From positions 44,640,001 to 44,704,000 of the forward strand of contig CM059444.1 in the NCBI GenBank assembly GCA_030390025.1: DNA of 64,000 nt. Reading direction: 5' to 3'. Under the pieces are notes generated by a model, which was given only the letters and a program-made list of their open reading frames with translations, did not search any database and had not been told where the DNA came from. Source of the DNA: Squalus acanthias (Eukaryota). Each line of letters begins with the position of its first letter. The first letter of the stretch is position 1. Of this stretch, positions 13,062-25,406 are shown piece by piece. The translations under genes and the position numbers were made by a program.

Positions 13062-13153
13062 ATAAGAACACAAAATATTGGAAACATTCAGCAGGTCAGG
13101 CAGCACCTATGGAGAGAGAAACAGAGTTAACGTTTCAGGTTGATGATCTTTGA
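13062..13153 (-). mobile_element. Penelope-like family B fragment with 12-bp TSD; hammerhead core lost
   Basis: TCCAAATTTAAA at 13050-13061 and 13154-13165. Matches the cagcaggtcaggcagca...gttaacgtttcaggt family. Confidence 0.8.
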
Positions 13154-13288
13154 TCCAAATTTAAATGTGTTTAGCTCACATCAATTTGGCTAAAAATTCT
13201 AATGCGCATCAATGAACAGAATCTAGTCCTTCAGTTGCTACACTTGATGTCGAAAGAGACAACAGCAACGGCGTTATCATTGAACTGG

Positions 13289-14340
13289 TGCAGTTGAGCA
13301 GAAAATAGAATTAAATTATTAAGAATGAGCTTTTTGCGGCAATCCTCAGTATCCATCCTCCAGAGGTATCAGTGGCATCACACTGTTCATGCCCACCATC
13401 TAGATAGAGTAGAAGGTGATGATATAGCCGCAGATAATCAAGACATGCCTGTGAAGGACCAATTTCATGACGATATTTTCTTTCCCGTCATGCACACTGT
13501 TATAAGTTATTTCTCTATCCCAGAGGCCAGGGATGCTCAGTCGTTGAGTATATGCAACACTGAGATCGATAGATTTTTGGACTCTAAGGGAATCAAGCGA
13601 TATGGAGATTGGGCGGGAAAGTGGAGTTGAGGTCAAAGATCAGCCATGATCTTATTGAACGGTGGAGCAGGCTCAAGAGGCCGTATAGCCTACTCCTGCT
13701 CCTATTTCTTATGTTCTTAAAAGAACTTTGATGTACTCACGTGTATCTGCCAAAGGTTTGAATTTCTGTGTACATTTCCTGAAAGCATAAAGGTTGATCA
13801 CAAAAGATTTTCTCAATTTTTATTCCACTGGTATTTCTGGTGACATAAAAGAAAAATGAAGAGTTCTTACAACACATTTACAAAGAAAACATTGACCACA
13901 AAATACAATTGCTGCTTCATTTACTAAATAAGCTGCATGAAACCTTTCTTCAGAACCTCTTCCCCAAGCTGATTGTTGCACTTTGCATATGTTGCTGCGG
14001 ACCAGCCTCTGTAGTCAGCGCAGAAAGATCGTTTAATGCTCAAGCGTGTGAAGAACTGCAACGATGCACCTTTGGGTCAGTCAAGACTTAATGGCTTAGC
14101 AACTCTTGCCATTGAAAATGATCTAACGAGAGTGCATGACAGGAAAGAAAATATCGTCATGAAATTGGTCCTTCACAGGCATGTCTTGATTATCTGTGGC
14201 TATATCATCACCTTCTACTCTATCTAGATGGTGGGCATGAACAGTGTGATGCCACTGATACCTCTGGAGGGTGGATACCAAGGATTGCTGCAAAAAGCTC
14301 TCATTCTTAATAATTTAATTCCATTTTCTGCTCAACTGCA
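13289..14340. repeat. About 207-bp inverted repeat (13289-13495 versus 14132-14340)
   Basis: The arms are near-perfect reverse complements. The ORF track shows VHD.KENIVMKLVLHRHVLIICGYIITFYSI on both strands. Confidence 0.95.
13510..13718 (+). mobile_element. CR1 LINE 3' end inside the hAT fossil
   Basis: Reverse-complement match to 3819-3980; ends ctcctatttcttatgttctt. Confidence 0.88.
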
Positions 14341-15449
14341 GAATTCAATAACCCCTTTGATTCATTTGATGACAAGAAAAGTTGCACCATTAGAAATTGA
14401 AAAGTCTTGAAGTAAATTATCCAGAAATTCGAATACTTCTTCATTTTATTCTATTTTCTTGACGACATGTTTTATTATCACTGATTAGTTTCATTCAGAA
14501 ATCCTCCCCCCCCCCCCCGGCCCCCGTCAGCACTGCCTGTAACGTTAATCTGTCTTTTTTGCAGATGCTGACAGATGTGCTTTGCGTTTCCAGTATGTTA
14601 TGATTTTTAATAAGGCTCATTTTACTTTACAACACAAGGGGGTGCACTTCTGATTAGTGAAGTGCAGGCTCACTCATTTTTCTCTCTCAAAAAACTGAAG
14701 TTTTTTACTTGGTCTTTTCAGGCTGTACTGTTATTGGATCAGGATTCTAAAGCTCGAAACTGTTCTACTTACAAGAGTGATGCAATCACTGCAGATATTT
14801 TGTACGCTTTGAAATCTGTAGTTTGTGGAAATGCGTCTTCATTGTGGTGCTTATGTGTTTGGGGCGGGGCTTCGAATGTGTGGGATTCCCCACTGCCTTT
14901 GTCTGTGTTAGTCTGCCAGGTGGTGTAATGCCGTGTTATAGTAAGGGACCTTGGACAGATTGTCCTCTCTTCAGTACATAACATTGAAGAAGCCCAAATA
15001 CAAATAGCAACACTCTGGTATTGTAACTACTCAGCACTTTGAATTCTTTGCAACCCCATGTCTTTAAAATGGAAGAAAAGCAGTGGTTGAATTGGTCTAC
15101 ACTTGTCACCAAGGTTGCCTCCATGACTCCACCCCGCACAACCAAAAAACAGGCATGCGAATGTTTAAAGTGTGCAGATATTGTAGGCCTGTTGGCAAGA
15201 TAAGTAAAATGTTCTGCATTTGACATGATTTTACCATGTTCATTTAAAAAAAAAAGAAATTCCAATTCCAAAAATGCTCCCTTTTTGTTTCCCCCCCCCC
15301 CCCCCCTCCTGTCGGAAGGAGATTTTGAGCCCTGGTTCAAGTATAGTCCCACAGGCAATCCCCAAAGCCTCACCTAAGTTGCCATTCCTCATGTGTGAAC
15401 CTAAACATGCCACCGAGGTGAGGCTTTGAGGAGTGCATGTGGGGCTGTA

Positions 15450-15895
15450 TTTTTTCTATTTGTTCACGGGATGTGGGCGTCGCTGGCAGGGCCAGCATTT
15501 ATTGCCCATCTCTAATTGCCCTTGAGAAGGTGGTGGTGAGCCGCCGCCTTGAACCGCTGCAGTCCATGCTTCTTTTGTAGCGGTTTGTTACAACTGAGGG
15601 GCTTGCTAGGCCATTTCAGAGGGCAGTTAAGAGTCAACCACATTGCTGTGGGTCTGGAGTCACATATAGGCCAGACCAGGTAAGGACGGCAGATTTCCTT
15701 CCCTAAAGGATATTAGTGAACCAGATGGGTTTTTAACGACAATGACAATCCGGTAGTTTCATGGTCACCATTACTGATACTAGCTTTTTATTCCAGAATT
15801 ATTTAATTAACTGAATTTAAATTCCCCCAGCTGCCGTAGTGGGATTTGAACTCTGGATTACTAGTCCAATAACATAACCACTATGCTACCGTACC
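15450..15895 (-). mobile_element. Full-length tRNA-derived SINE sharing its 3' tail with the LINE at 1-368
   Basis: Minus strand begins ggtacggtagcatagtgg (A box) ... gagttcaaatccc (B box). The last ~110 nt match 255-356. Confidence 0.85.
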
Positions 15896-16233
15896 TAAGA
15901 TACTCCATTAGTCACTGTATCTCTACAGAGAGGAAGTTAGATTTTAATGTGCACTGACTGTTCCACATGCCGTCACTGCTGCACACAGACAGGGAGAAGA
16001 CCAGGCACCTGAGAGAAGGGAGTGAAAGACTGTGAGCTAGAGAGAGGTGAGTGGTGCTGGAGAGCTGGGAGAGCAGGATAAGGCCAAGAACAGGTTAGTG
16101 CATTCCCTAAGCTGAGCTGTGGTACCACCATCACAGTGACTCTGAAACTGGGACCAAACCCCAACTTTTAACCCCCAATGACCTAAACCTGTAGTCTTGT
16201 ACGCAAGTATATAGATTAATTATAGATTACTGT

Positions 16234-16680
16234 GGCAGCCTTGGCTCAGTGGTAGCACTCTTGCCTCTGAGTCAGAAGATGGTGGGTTCAAGCCACACTC
16301 CAGAGACTTGAGCACCTAATCTCGGCTGGCACTTCTGTGCAGTACTGAGGGAGGGTGCCGTCTTTCGGATGAGATGTTCAATCGAAGAACCCTCTTCCCT
16401 CTTAAGGTGGACAAAAAAGATCCCGCGGCACTATTTGAAGAAGCGCAGGGAGTTCTCCTGGTCAACATTTATCCTTCCACCAACACTTTAAAGAATAGAT
16501 GAGCTAGTCATTTATATCATTGCTGTTTGTGGGATCTTGCTGTGTGCAAATTGGCTGCAGCATTTGCCTACATTGCAACAGTGGCTACACTTAAACTGCT
16601 TAATTGGCTGTAAAGTGCTTTGGGACATCCTGAGGTCATGAAAGGTGGAACATAAATGCAAGTCGTTCTTTTGTTCTTTC
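16234..16680 (+). mobile_element. Deu-domain SINE (SacSINE1-like)
   Basis: tRNA head tggctcagtggtagc...gggttcaagcc, Deu core ggtgccgtctttcggatgaga...aaagatccc..ggcactatt, L2-type tail aaatgcaagt. Confidence 0.85.
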
Positions 16681-16695
16681 AGGCAGTAAAACATT

Positions 16696-17431
16696 GGACC
16701 AGAAATTGATCTCGCTCTGTTCCCGCGGGGGTAAGGCTTTCCCGCGATCTCTCACCTCGCTTGTGCTTTTTCAGATCCAGCTCGCACGAACTTCATGTTC
16801 TAGACATCAGCTGGGCAGTGCTTGCGTATCCCAGCAGCGTAGTGAATTCGTGCGAGCTGTGGGATCACGTGACTCAGTTAGAGCCAATGGCAGCACACCA
16901 TCTTCCATTCATAAGTTTCATAGCACGGCTGTGAAAGCTATGAATCTTACACCCCCCCAAAATAACAGCTAAACCTCAATTAAATTTAAAAAAAAAAAAA
17001 CCATCACATTAATAAAATAAGTATAGTTAATTAAATTAACCATTTTAAATAAAAAATTAAATTTTTGAAAAAATTTAAAATCTTTTAAAAAGTTATAAAA
17101 ATAAACTTACCTGTCTTTAAAGTCTCTAAAAAAGATATACCTGTTAAAAAAAATTCAAAAAAATACTTAATTCACTACTTACCTTCTTAAAAGTGGGTCT
17201 TACTCCTCCTTTTTACATTTCCAAAATCTTCCGTACTTACCTGCGCGTCCAAAGCATGAAGTGCGCAGCCTGTAGCGCGCACGCGATGCACCGAGGACCC
17301 GCCCCCTTTTCAGAAGAGCAATTGCCGGTTTTCAGCGCATGCGCAGGGCATGCAGAAAACCGGCAATTGGAGTGGGAATACGCGAGAGTACGCAGTGCGT
17401 ACTCTCGCGTCCCGGGATCAATTTTCGGCCC
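16696..17431. mobile_element. Harbinger-like MITE with an A/T-rich centre
   Basis: Ends GGACCAGAAATTGATCTCG and (reverse complement) GGGCCGAAAATTGATCCCG; ATT on both flanks. Confidence 0.75.
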
Positions 17432-20400
17432 ATTATTATTTTTCAGCACAAGTTGTTATCTATATGTAAAAAAAAAAAACGAACTCCTATTTGGTGCTCT
17501 AATGGTATCAAGTATAGTCTGGATAAATGAGGTACCCAATTCAAGTTCTGCTCCAACAGTTTAGATTTCCAGACCCAATTATATCATTTACTAATGTATT
17601 ATGTTTGCCAGGAAGCTACGTAAGAAAACGGACACGGGCCATTTGATAGTAATTTGATCAAAGCATTTTTTTCTGCCATTTCACTCTCCCACCAACATAT
17701 GCCAAATCAGCCTTTTGTGAAAGAACTGATGTGTTTGCTTTGCAATGTATTCCAAAACTCTGCTCTTATCTGTTGCCTTCTACTTTTTTTTACAAGGAAG
17801 TGCAGGGCTGCTGAGGGATTTGTGTGCTCATGGGATTTGGGAATGAACCAGCCCAATTTTTCTCTGCTCCAGTGTATACACATTACACAAAAGGTGGAGT
17901 GTGTGTGTGTTTTCTCTTTTTAAATGTGGCATCTGTTCACCATTATCAAGTCACTTGGATCTTCCTTTATCCCAGGTCTAAAGGTTTGACTCACCTTCAT
18001 CCCAGGTCTAAAATTTTGATCCACCTTATCCACACATGATCATCGAGGAAATAACTAGTTATAAGCCAGTAAGAGTTAGAGAACAGATGTTCATTACTGG
18101 CTCACACTATGCTACATCTGGAGCTATTATTCGGCTCAAACTGTACAATTTCTCTTTTATAGCATTGTAACAATGGGGCTTTTGTTGGAAGAATAGTTAA
18201 TGTGCAGGAAGCACTCATTGGTCTAATACCTTCTGTTGTGAGAACAGTGTGGGTCCCCAGGATTGAAGAGTACCAATTGAGATTAATTTTTCACCAAGTG
18301 GAAAATATTTTTTTCACACCAAATCTGTACAGTAGTTCTGGGTTGTTTTGACAAAGTTGACCTATTGCACAGAAAGACAATGGCATTAAACTTTCTACAA
18401 CTGTTTGTCTTGCACGAAAGTATGTACTTTTCAACAACTCCATCTTAACACAGTTTTTATTCAAATAAAATGTTTACTTTCCCTGTGTCTCTTTGTTTTG
18501 AGATGAGGTTTGCTGAGTACCAACATTTAGTCTCATTTAATATAATGGTTTGTGGATTTTCCCCTCTCTAGTTGTTTGCACAAGGAGGAAGAAATGTTTT
18601 TGTATCTAAATATGTGGTAAGATCTGTGATATGAGAACTGATTGTTTGACTGACCGGTTTGATTTGAAATGCTGGCTAACTTTACTTTCAGTTTTACATT
18701 TATAAACTGCTTACAATGCAAGAACACCACCCTGTTTACTCCAGTATGTTCCTTAAGTCTCTTGCCACTGGATAGCAAAGATATGCTTCTGCCTTGAACA
18801 GTTTGTGAAGGACATTATTAATAGGTAAAATGAGTACAGCAGCAATAGACACAATTGGAAAATCTCTCCTTGGACCAGATTGGCTGAATCAGATGTGTGC
18901 TTTGTAGTTTGCCTTCCTGACCTGAGGTTTTGGATGCTGATCCCTGAAACTTATTATGTTGCACTTGTTAGTGCACTATTGGTTCCTTTTTTTAATGGCA
19001 GTGTGAGCAGGGAGCATCAAGTTTTACTGCGCAGCCACACTGCTCTCGGGGTTGAATTTGCACAGCTCGTACACATGCATGCAAAGAAGTTTAAAGCCTC
19101 CGTGCTGTTGCTGCATTTTAAGACAGGTGAAGGTTTAAAAGAAAATGGAAGAGTAGCACAGGAGGTTGCCTCAGTTGTGTGATTGAAAAAGTGCGCTTTA
19201 TGCCGGTGGCATTAAAATGCAGCTGGTACAAGGTAAAACCAGCACGAGGCGACCTCTTGAAGATGGCTTTGGCGAGTTTGACATGGGGCAGCACTGGTAA
19301 TGTTATACTGCACAACCAAGACTGCAGTATAACAGCAGTGCTAATTATGTAGTCATTTTATAAGCAGAGTCAGGTCTCAAAGACTGTCTGTTTCAGCACT
19401 TGCCCTGAGCAAGCAGAAATTGCATTCATCATCTGAACTGATCCAAGCGTAGTATGTTTTGAGGAGAGGAGATTGTGGGAGTGGTTGGAATTTGAAAGTG
19501 ACTGAGGTTCATCACTGCTATAGCCACTATAATGGTAACAGGAACACATGAGGCAGCTATTTCTGAACTTTTCTTGGGGTACAGTTCCATAAGTTCTGAT
19601 ACTTCCACTGAGTTACCAGTCTTCATGCGCGACTCTGGGCTTTGAGCAACGGATGAACTGTTGGGGCTATCATGATGCCATGTGAGGAGCATAATAAAAT
19701 GCAGGAAAAAAATGGATAGACAGGGGTCAGGTGTTTCTACCTCATCGCACCCCACCTGCTTAGCTTAGCTTAGCTTCTAGCAGGGATCATTGATTACTGT
19801 TCAGAGCCCTGACTGAGTGTCATCCCCCCGCCACTGCTCATGCTCAGGAGAGCTTTAAACAATTGAAGCAGCTCCAACAATATCCCAGCTGAGATTGTGT
19901 AGTTCAGTACAGACTGAGGCTTAACTGTGGAATCTTCTAGGTCTGTATTGCTCGATACTACAACACCTTATGCCATTATCCACTAACAAAAATGTATTTA
20001 TATTGTGCAACAAATTTTAAGGAGCAGATTTATATCTGATCAGCCAGTATTACAATGACAGTGTTTGACAGAAAATCTTTCAAATTTGGATTCACTGGTA
20101 TCCTATTATTTGTCTCAATCATGTTTGACCAATGTTAATTTTACTCAATACTGCCATCCCGTTTCTTTTTTAAAAATTGGGAAAAACTATTGTACATCAC
20201 TTCTGGTGTGGAGGGAGATGAGCCAGCAGGTCAGTGAGATTAATTAGAATAGTTATTTAACAAAACAATTGAAATCACAACCTTACTCAGGCTAATACTT
20301 ATCATCGTTTATTTTCCAGTTACTAACCTTTTACTTTGTAATCACAAACTCTGCAGTCATGCTACTAATAGCAGTATAGGGTACATTCACCTTATCAAAG

Positions 20401-20988
20401 ATGGCCACAACGTGTATATATAGCTGAAGGTCACATCTTCACCTTTTTTGGTGGGATTGTTGAAGATGATGTTTCAAGGTGCTATTCCAAGTTTTTCTCA
20501 TTCGGATTAGTCTTTATGTTATGTTGATAAGTGAATGCATGCTAAAGTTGAATGACTAATGGTGGAATGCCATTTGAATGTTGACCACAGCCTTTTCATT
20601 TTTGTTACCATGGCTCCAGACTAACTTTTTAAACCTTCCCGTTGCTACAGGCAGGGAAGGTTCACTGTGGTTCATCAAAAGACATATTTGTGGATCAGGT
20701 TTAATCTGCCGAACTGTTGGCCAATCAATATAGGGGCTGAAAATGAAAACAACTAAATACTGTTTAAAAAAAAAAAAGCACTGGAGAGCTTTGTAAATAT
20801 TTAGACTTCATTAAAATGTAGTTATTTAAAATTACAGGCAACTTTTCAACCAGTCTGAAATGCGATCTTCAGAGTATGAGTTTTATGTATTTTCTTAACT
20901 TCCTTTCTTTCTCTTTGATTTCAGTTCCTCTCTTTGTCTTGTATTTTCCTGGTCAATTTTTTGTAACTATGTATTTTTTTTCACATTT

Positions 20989-21330
20989 GGTTGTGGGTTC
21001 AAGTCCCACTCCAGGGACTTGAGCACATAAAGCTAGGCTGACACTCCCAGTGCAGTCTTGAGGGAGCGCTGCACTGTCGGCGGTGCTGTCTTTCGGATGA
21101 AACGTTAAACTGAGGCCCCGTCTGCTCTCTCAGGTGGATGTAAAAGATCCCATGGCACTATTTCGAAGAAGAGTAGGGGAGTTATCCCCAGTGTCCTGGC
21201 CAATATTTATCCCTCAACCAACGTACCAAAAACAGTTTATCTGGTCATTATCACATTGCTGTTTGTGGGAGCTTGCTGTGCGCAAATTGGCTGCCACGTT
21301 TCCCACATTACAACAGTGACTCCACTTCAA
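20989..21330 (+). mobile_element. Deu-domain SINE, truncated at both ends
   Basis: gggttcaagtcccactcc B box and Deu core gtctttcggatgaaacgttaaactgagg...aaagatcccatggcactattt. Confidence 0.88.
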
Positions 21331-21646
21331 CGTTCCATTGAATTTTCCTATATCTTTATGACATTTGTTTGATTTTGCAAAATTGCAGCATTAACTGCAA
21401 AAGAAGAATTCTGAACCGAGTTAATATTGTTTCGGCCACTGTACAGTATCTTGCTCAAATGACCATTTTTACTTGAATCTTGGCAGTGAGCGTCAGCAGA
21501 CTGTTTGATCCCTGGACAAGTTCAGCTAACTCAGCAGAGACCAGGAATCTGACCTGGGACCTTTCTGGTCTGTATGTCTCGGCTATAATCAACAGAGAAG
21601 ACATTGGTGAAACTCCAGTATTTAAATATTTTATTGTGCTGTCTAT

Positions 21647-22314
21647 GGGTTGGAATTTCCTCTGTATTTGGGACAGAGATATGCGTAATCGAGGCGTAAA
21701 GCAAATACCTGACGTAAAGGGTCGAGCAAACTCAGAGCAAGTGTGCTACGTACGTAATTATGCTACACCCGAATTTCCTTGGTTTTTTAAAATTAACAAC
21801 CGTCTACTGATCCCTGCGCCCGAAATGCATCTCAACTCATTATAATGGCTCCGCGCCCAGGCTAAAGAGCTCTACACACACATTTCCTGCAGTTACGCTG
21901 GCTCAAAACAGATTTAAAATTAAGCCCAGAGTTGTTTTTATCCTCACTGAGACCCACTCTGTATTTTCTGTTTCTTTGAATGCATTTTATTGGCATCAGT
22001 ATAAGTCACATTAAAAATTGAAAAGCTTCCACGATTGCAAGTTCTTACACATGCTGTGCATGAATGAAAGTTAGATGGCCTGAAACTTTTAATTTTCATA
22101 CATAAAGAAGGAATATATGGTGTGGGTTTGCTTTCTTCAAACCCCGATTGTTTGCGCTGAATCTGTTTGTTTATGCTCATTTTTTATGTTCCGGTGCATA
22201 CTAATGAAATTGGCAGGAAATTTGGTTGTAAATAGACATCTGCAAAATGGCTGCGTGAAAGGCGTAACTTTTGCTGTAACTTCCCGATTATGCCCCCACA
22301 GGAAATACCATGCC
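21647..22314. mobile_element. Degenerate Harbinger-like MITE
   Basis: GGGTTGGAATTTCCT versus reverse-complement GGCATGGTATTTCCT (12/15); flanks TAT/TAA; CpG-enriched ends. Confidence 0.55.
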
Positions 22315-23619
22315 TAATGAGCTTTTCACCTGCATGCAGGGTAGCAGGCAGTGCAATTTAGCTACTTTTACAATAGTAATACTGTAGGTTGTATAACATC
22401 AAGGACGTGTACAGCACTGTTGCAGCAAATGTTTATGGAGACGAAACAAGTCTTCATCGGAAAAAAAGCTTTATATGAAAATCAAACAAATTATTTTTCT
22501 TCTACTCTTTTGTAATCAAGATGCTCCCCCGCCCCTTGTAAACACACAACACTAGCAGTGAAGTTTCACACACCACTCCTACCTACAGGACTCTCTCAGA
22601 GAATGCAACTTTACCTGAAATACTCTCTTCTGTACTCAGAAGCTGAAACACAGAGTTCACTAGCACTTACTGAGCCAGGGTTGATGCAGTGTATGTTAAA
22701 CTATGGGAAATCTGTGACACTGTCAGTATAATTCTTACAAGTCTTTTGGTGCTCCAGTAATTTCCAGGGGCAAATTTGTGAGAAACCTGCATTTTAACGT
22801 GTGTAACCTATTATTTCATCCAATGGGTAATCTGCCCCTTCTCCAAAACAAGAAAGAAACCTGAATTTCTGGTTTATAAACAAGTTGTGGACTAAATATG
22901 GTCTTCAATGTCGAACAATATTTTTGCAGCAAAGAAAACTTCTCTACGTGACTGAGATTGCCATTTCCAGACCTCTTAAATCTGACACCATAGTCTACGT
23001 TAACCTAGATTTTTAAACTGTATACTACAAGCTAGTTCTGGTTAGAAAATATAAAAAGAGCCATTGAAGGGTACAGGAGACTGAAAGTAACTCCAATAGG
23101 GCAGCTTTAGTAGATCTCTGAGCTCCTGACCTTGTTGCTTTTGAACATGTTGTTGTTGCCTTTTTAATTGGTATCCTTTTGGATCAAAATTTAAAGTTCC
23201 AGAATGCATCTATTTATTGTTGTATTTCCACCGCATTGCCTCTAGGTTGTGCTGCTGTGCACATTCTGTGGTTCCAATTGCCAAGGTTAGTGTAAACCCA
23301 GAAACTTTTTGTCTTTTTTTCTCTTTCCCCTTTCTAAGAGCAAAGCTTTATGTTTTGTAAAGTGCTTATTTCTAAGTCAATAATGTTCCCCTTCTCCATC
23401 CCCACAGTGATTTTTAATAATTTAAAAATGCTTGGCCTGGAACCCATAAAATGTCACTATCAATTGGGCGGGGGAAGACGCTACATTGGGAAATTCCTCC
23501 TTCATCCTCCAAAGAAGGGCTGATCAGGGAAAGAAGGAAATATAACAGCATGAAGTGTTAAAAAGAAAAGAATGGCTGAAAGCACAGAAACTGTCTTTAA
23601 GTACCACCGCAGTAGATCT

Positions 23620-23945
23620 GCAGCTAAGTGCACCGCCGAGTGAGAATATGAGCCATACAAACCAAGGAAGGTCCAAGGTGCAATCCATAGTCTGTGCTGA
23701 GGTAACTTATCTCAGTCAAGGCAATAGAACAGCTGGTCCTAATGCCCCCTAGCTAAGAAGGTTCTCACTCCAGATTGCTATCCAGTAATCACTGACAGAA
23801 AAGTATGTGTGTGTGTGTGTATGATGGCTGATCGGATCGGATTGAGCTGCGATGATCAGCATGGTCAAATAGTCTGACAACACTCACTATCTTGTCTCAC
23901 GCATGAAGGATGGCTGCTTGGGTGAAGTATTAGAAGTGGGGCTGG
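23620..23945 (+). mobile_element. Old SINE-like family; other copies near 19740-19980(-), 21450-21590(-), 24090-24580(-), 37420-37740, 38210-38510, 39050-39175, 48430-48730(-)
   Basis: Recurring gagccatacagacca-ggaaggtcccaggttc-atcc...tgtgctgagttagctga motif with a B-box-like core; highly diverged. Confidence 0.55.
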
Positions 23946-24785
23946 TATCTGTTGGAAAAGTACAGCAATTTTTAACCCTGGTTTCAAATGTGTTTTTTAA
24001 ACTATAGTAAAACATCTCACAATCCTGTGATAAAGCATTGTTTTGCTCCTGAACGTCTCATCAGATTACTTCCTGAGTTCCTGGATATTTTTCCTGGATT
24101 CCAGCAGGAGTCATTTGGATAGCAATCAAGAGCAGGAACCCTGATTTTTTTTTTTTTCCTACTCTTCCCCAACCCAAAGGCACCAGTGGGCACCTCCCAG
24201 GGTATAGAGTGTTTTATAGACATCGATAACATTATGATTTAGCCGGGAAGGTTCCCTTTGCTTTTGATGGGACTTTGTTGCTAATTTTGACTACTTTTAT
24301 TGTGATTGGACCATATAGGAAATAAACATATTAGTGGTGCCCTAAAAGGGGCACTTGTGATGATTCATGTTTGGTAACCTAGGGGCAACCCAGTGTCACA
24401 CTTACTGGTCCATCAAAAAAGGCCCAGCCCAAAGGCACAGAGGACAATTGTAGTGCCTCTATAGCAGCCTGACACAGATCATCTAACTTGGCACAGGCAG
24501 GGGACTGAACTCTGACCCCCCTCGTATATGTTTCTCAGCTACTCACGGGATAAACTTGCTGAGTCACACAGGGAGACCTAATTTTTTTTTAATGGCAAAA
24601 ATGTTCAAAAACCTTAGGTCTGAGGCCGAGAACTGTGAAGCTGAAAGGATGTGAGCTTACCTCCCAATTGTGATTTGGGGATTTCACACTCGAATTACAT
24701 TATTCTGAGTGGATGCAAAATCAAATCAGTTTTGCACTGGTGCATACTGTGTTGTAGTGGCCTTTCCAACATAGTTTGGTGCACA

Positions 24786-24928
24786 AACGAAAGAGTTCTG
24801 ACGAAAGGTCATCGACCTGAAAAGTTAACTCTGTTTCTCTCTTCACAGATGCTGCCTGACCTGCTGAGTATCTCCAGCATTTTCTGTTTTTATTTCAGAT
24901 TTCCAGCATCTGCAGTATTTTCTTTTTG
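24786..24928 (+). mobile_element. Penelope-like family B insertion with 14-bp TSD
   Basis: TAGTTTGGTGCACA at 24772-24785 and 24929-24942. Confidence 0.82.
24792..24832 (+). ncRNA. Minimal hammerhead motif (6-bp stem I, stem-III palindrome mutated)
   Basis: AGAGUU CUGACGA A AGGUC-AUC-GACCU GAAA AG UU AACUCU; the family consensus is GAAACGUU. Confidence 0.7.
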
Positions 24929-25033
24929 TAGTTTGGTGCACATACTGATCCAGCAACTCTCTGTATAAACACCAGGAGATGCCACTCAGCCTGGGTCATT
25001 TCAACAGGACTTTGTTACCCATTTTAAAAAGGC

Positions 25034-25406
25034 TCCAAAATAAAAACGGAAAATGCTGGAAATACTCAGCAGGTCAGGCAGCATCTGTGGAGATGGAAAC
25101 AAAGTTAACGTTTCAGGTCGATGACCTTTCATCAGAACTGGAAAAAGTTAGAGCTGTAACCGGTTTTAAGCAAATACAAAGGAAGGGGGAGGGGAGGAAA
25201 TAACAAAAGGGAAGGTCTGTGATAGGGTGGAAGGCAGGAGAGATTAAATGACAAAAGGGATGATCGTGCACGGCAAAAGAGGGTGGTAATGGGACAAGTA
25301 AAGAAACAAAAGATGGGTCTAGAGGAGGTGTAAATGGCAATAGCAGAATCATTACCAACATCTGCTGTCCGAAAAAATGGGATGATCTTAAGTATTTTGC
25401 TTTTTG
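25034..25406 (-). mobile_element. Longer Penelope-like family B insertion with 12-bp TSD
   Basis: TTTTAAAAAGGC at 25022-25033 and 25407-25418. A short inverted terminal piece agtattttgcttttt lies at the right end. Confidence 0.8.
25103..25139 (-). ncRNA. Minimal hammerhead ribozyme motif, intact
   Basis: Minus strand: AGUU CUGAUGA A AGGUC-AUC-GACCU GAAA CG UU AACU. Confidence 0.78.

Larger units (their letters stand above)
12900..14410 (+). pseudogene. hAT (Tip100/ZMYM1-like) transposase fossil with nested insertions
   Basis: Fragments ALNELLELNLT..ASLLKYMSKF..SIWLKIL, FHDDIFFPVMHTVIS, and the hAT dimerization motif LFPKLIVAL..PASVVSAERSF / LKRVKN..GQSRLNGLATLAIE. Stops and frameshifts throughout. 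Confidence 0.85.

Noticed and set aside
14535-14612. Additional hammerhead in a family B-like remnant
   Set aside because: Only aacgttaa and gcagatgctg remain; no CUGANGA core.
16234-16310. tRNA gene
   Set aside because: The A/B boxes run directly into a Deu-SINE body, as at 55415; these are SINE heads.
17234-17243. U1 snRNA gene or pseudogene
   Set aside because: Only the first ~10 nt match; the U1 body does not follow.
17968-18033. Two ~31-bp repeats (atcccaggtctaaa...)
   Set aside because: Short imperfect local duplication with no sign of function.
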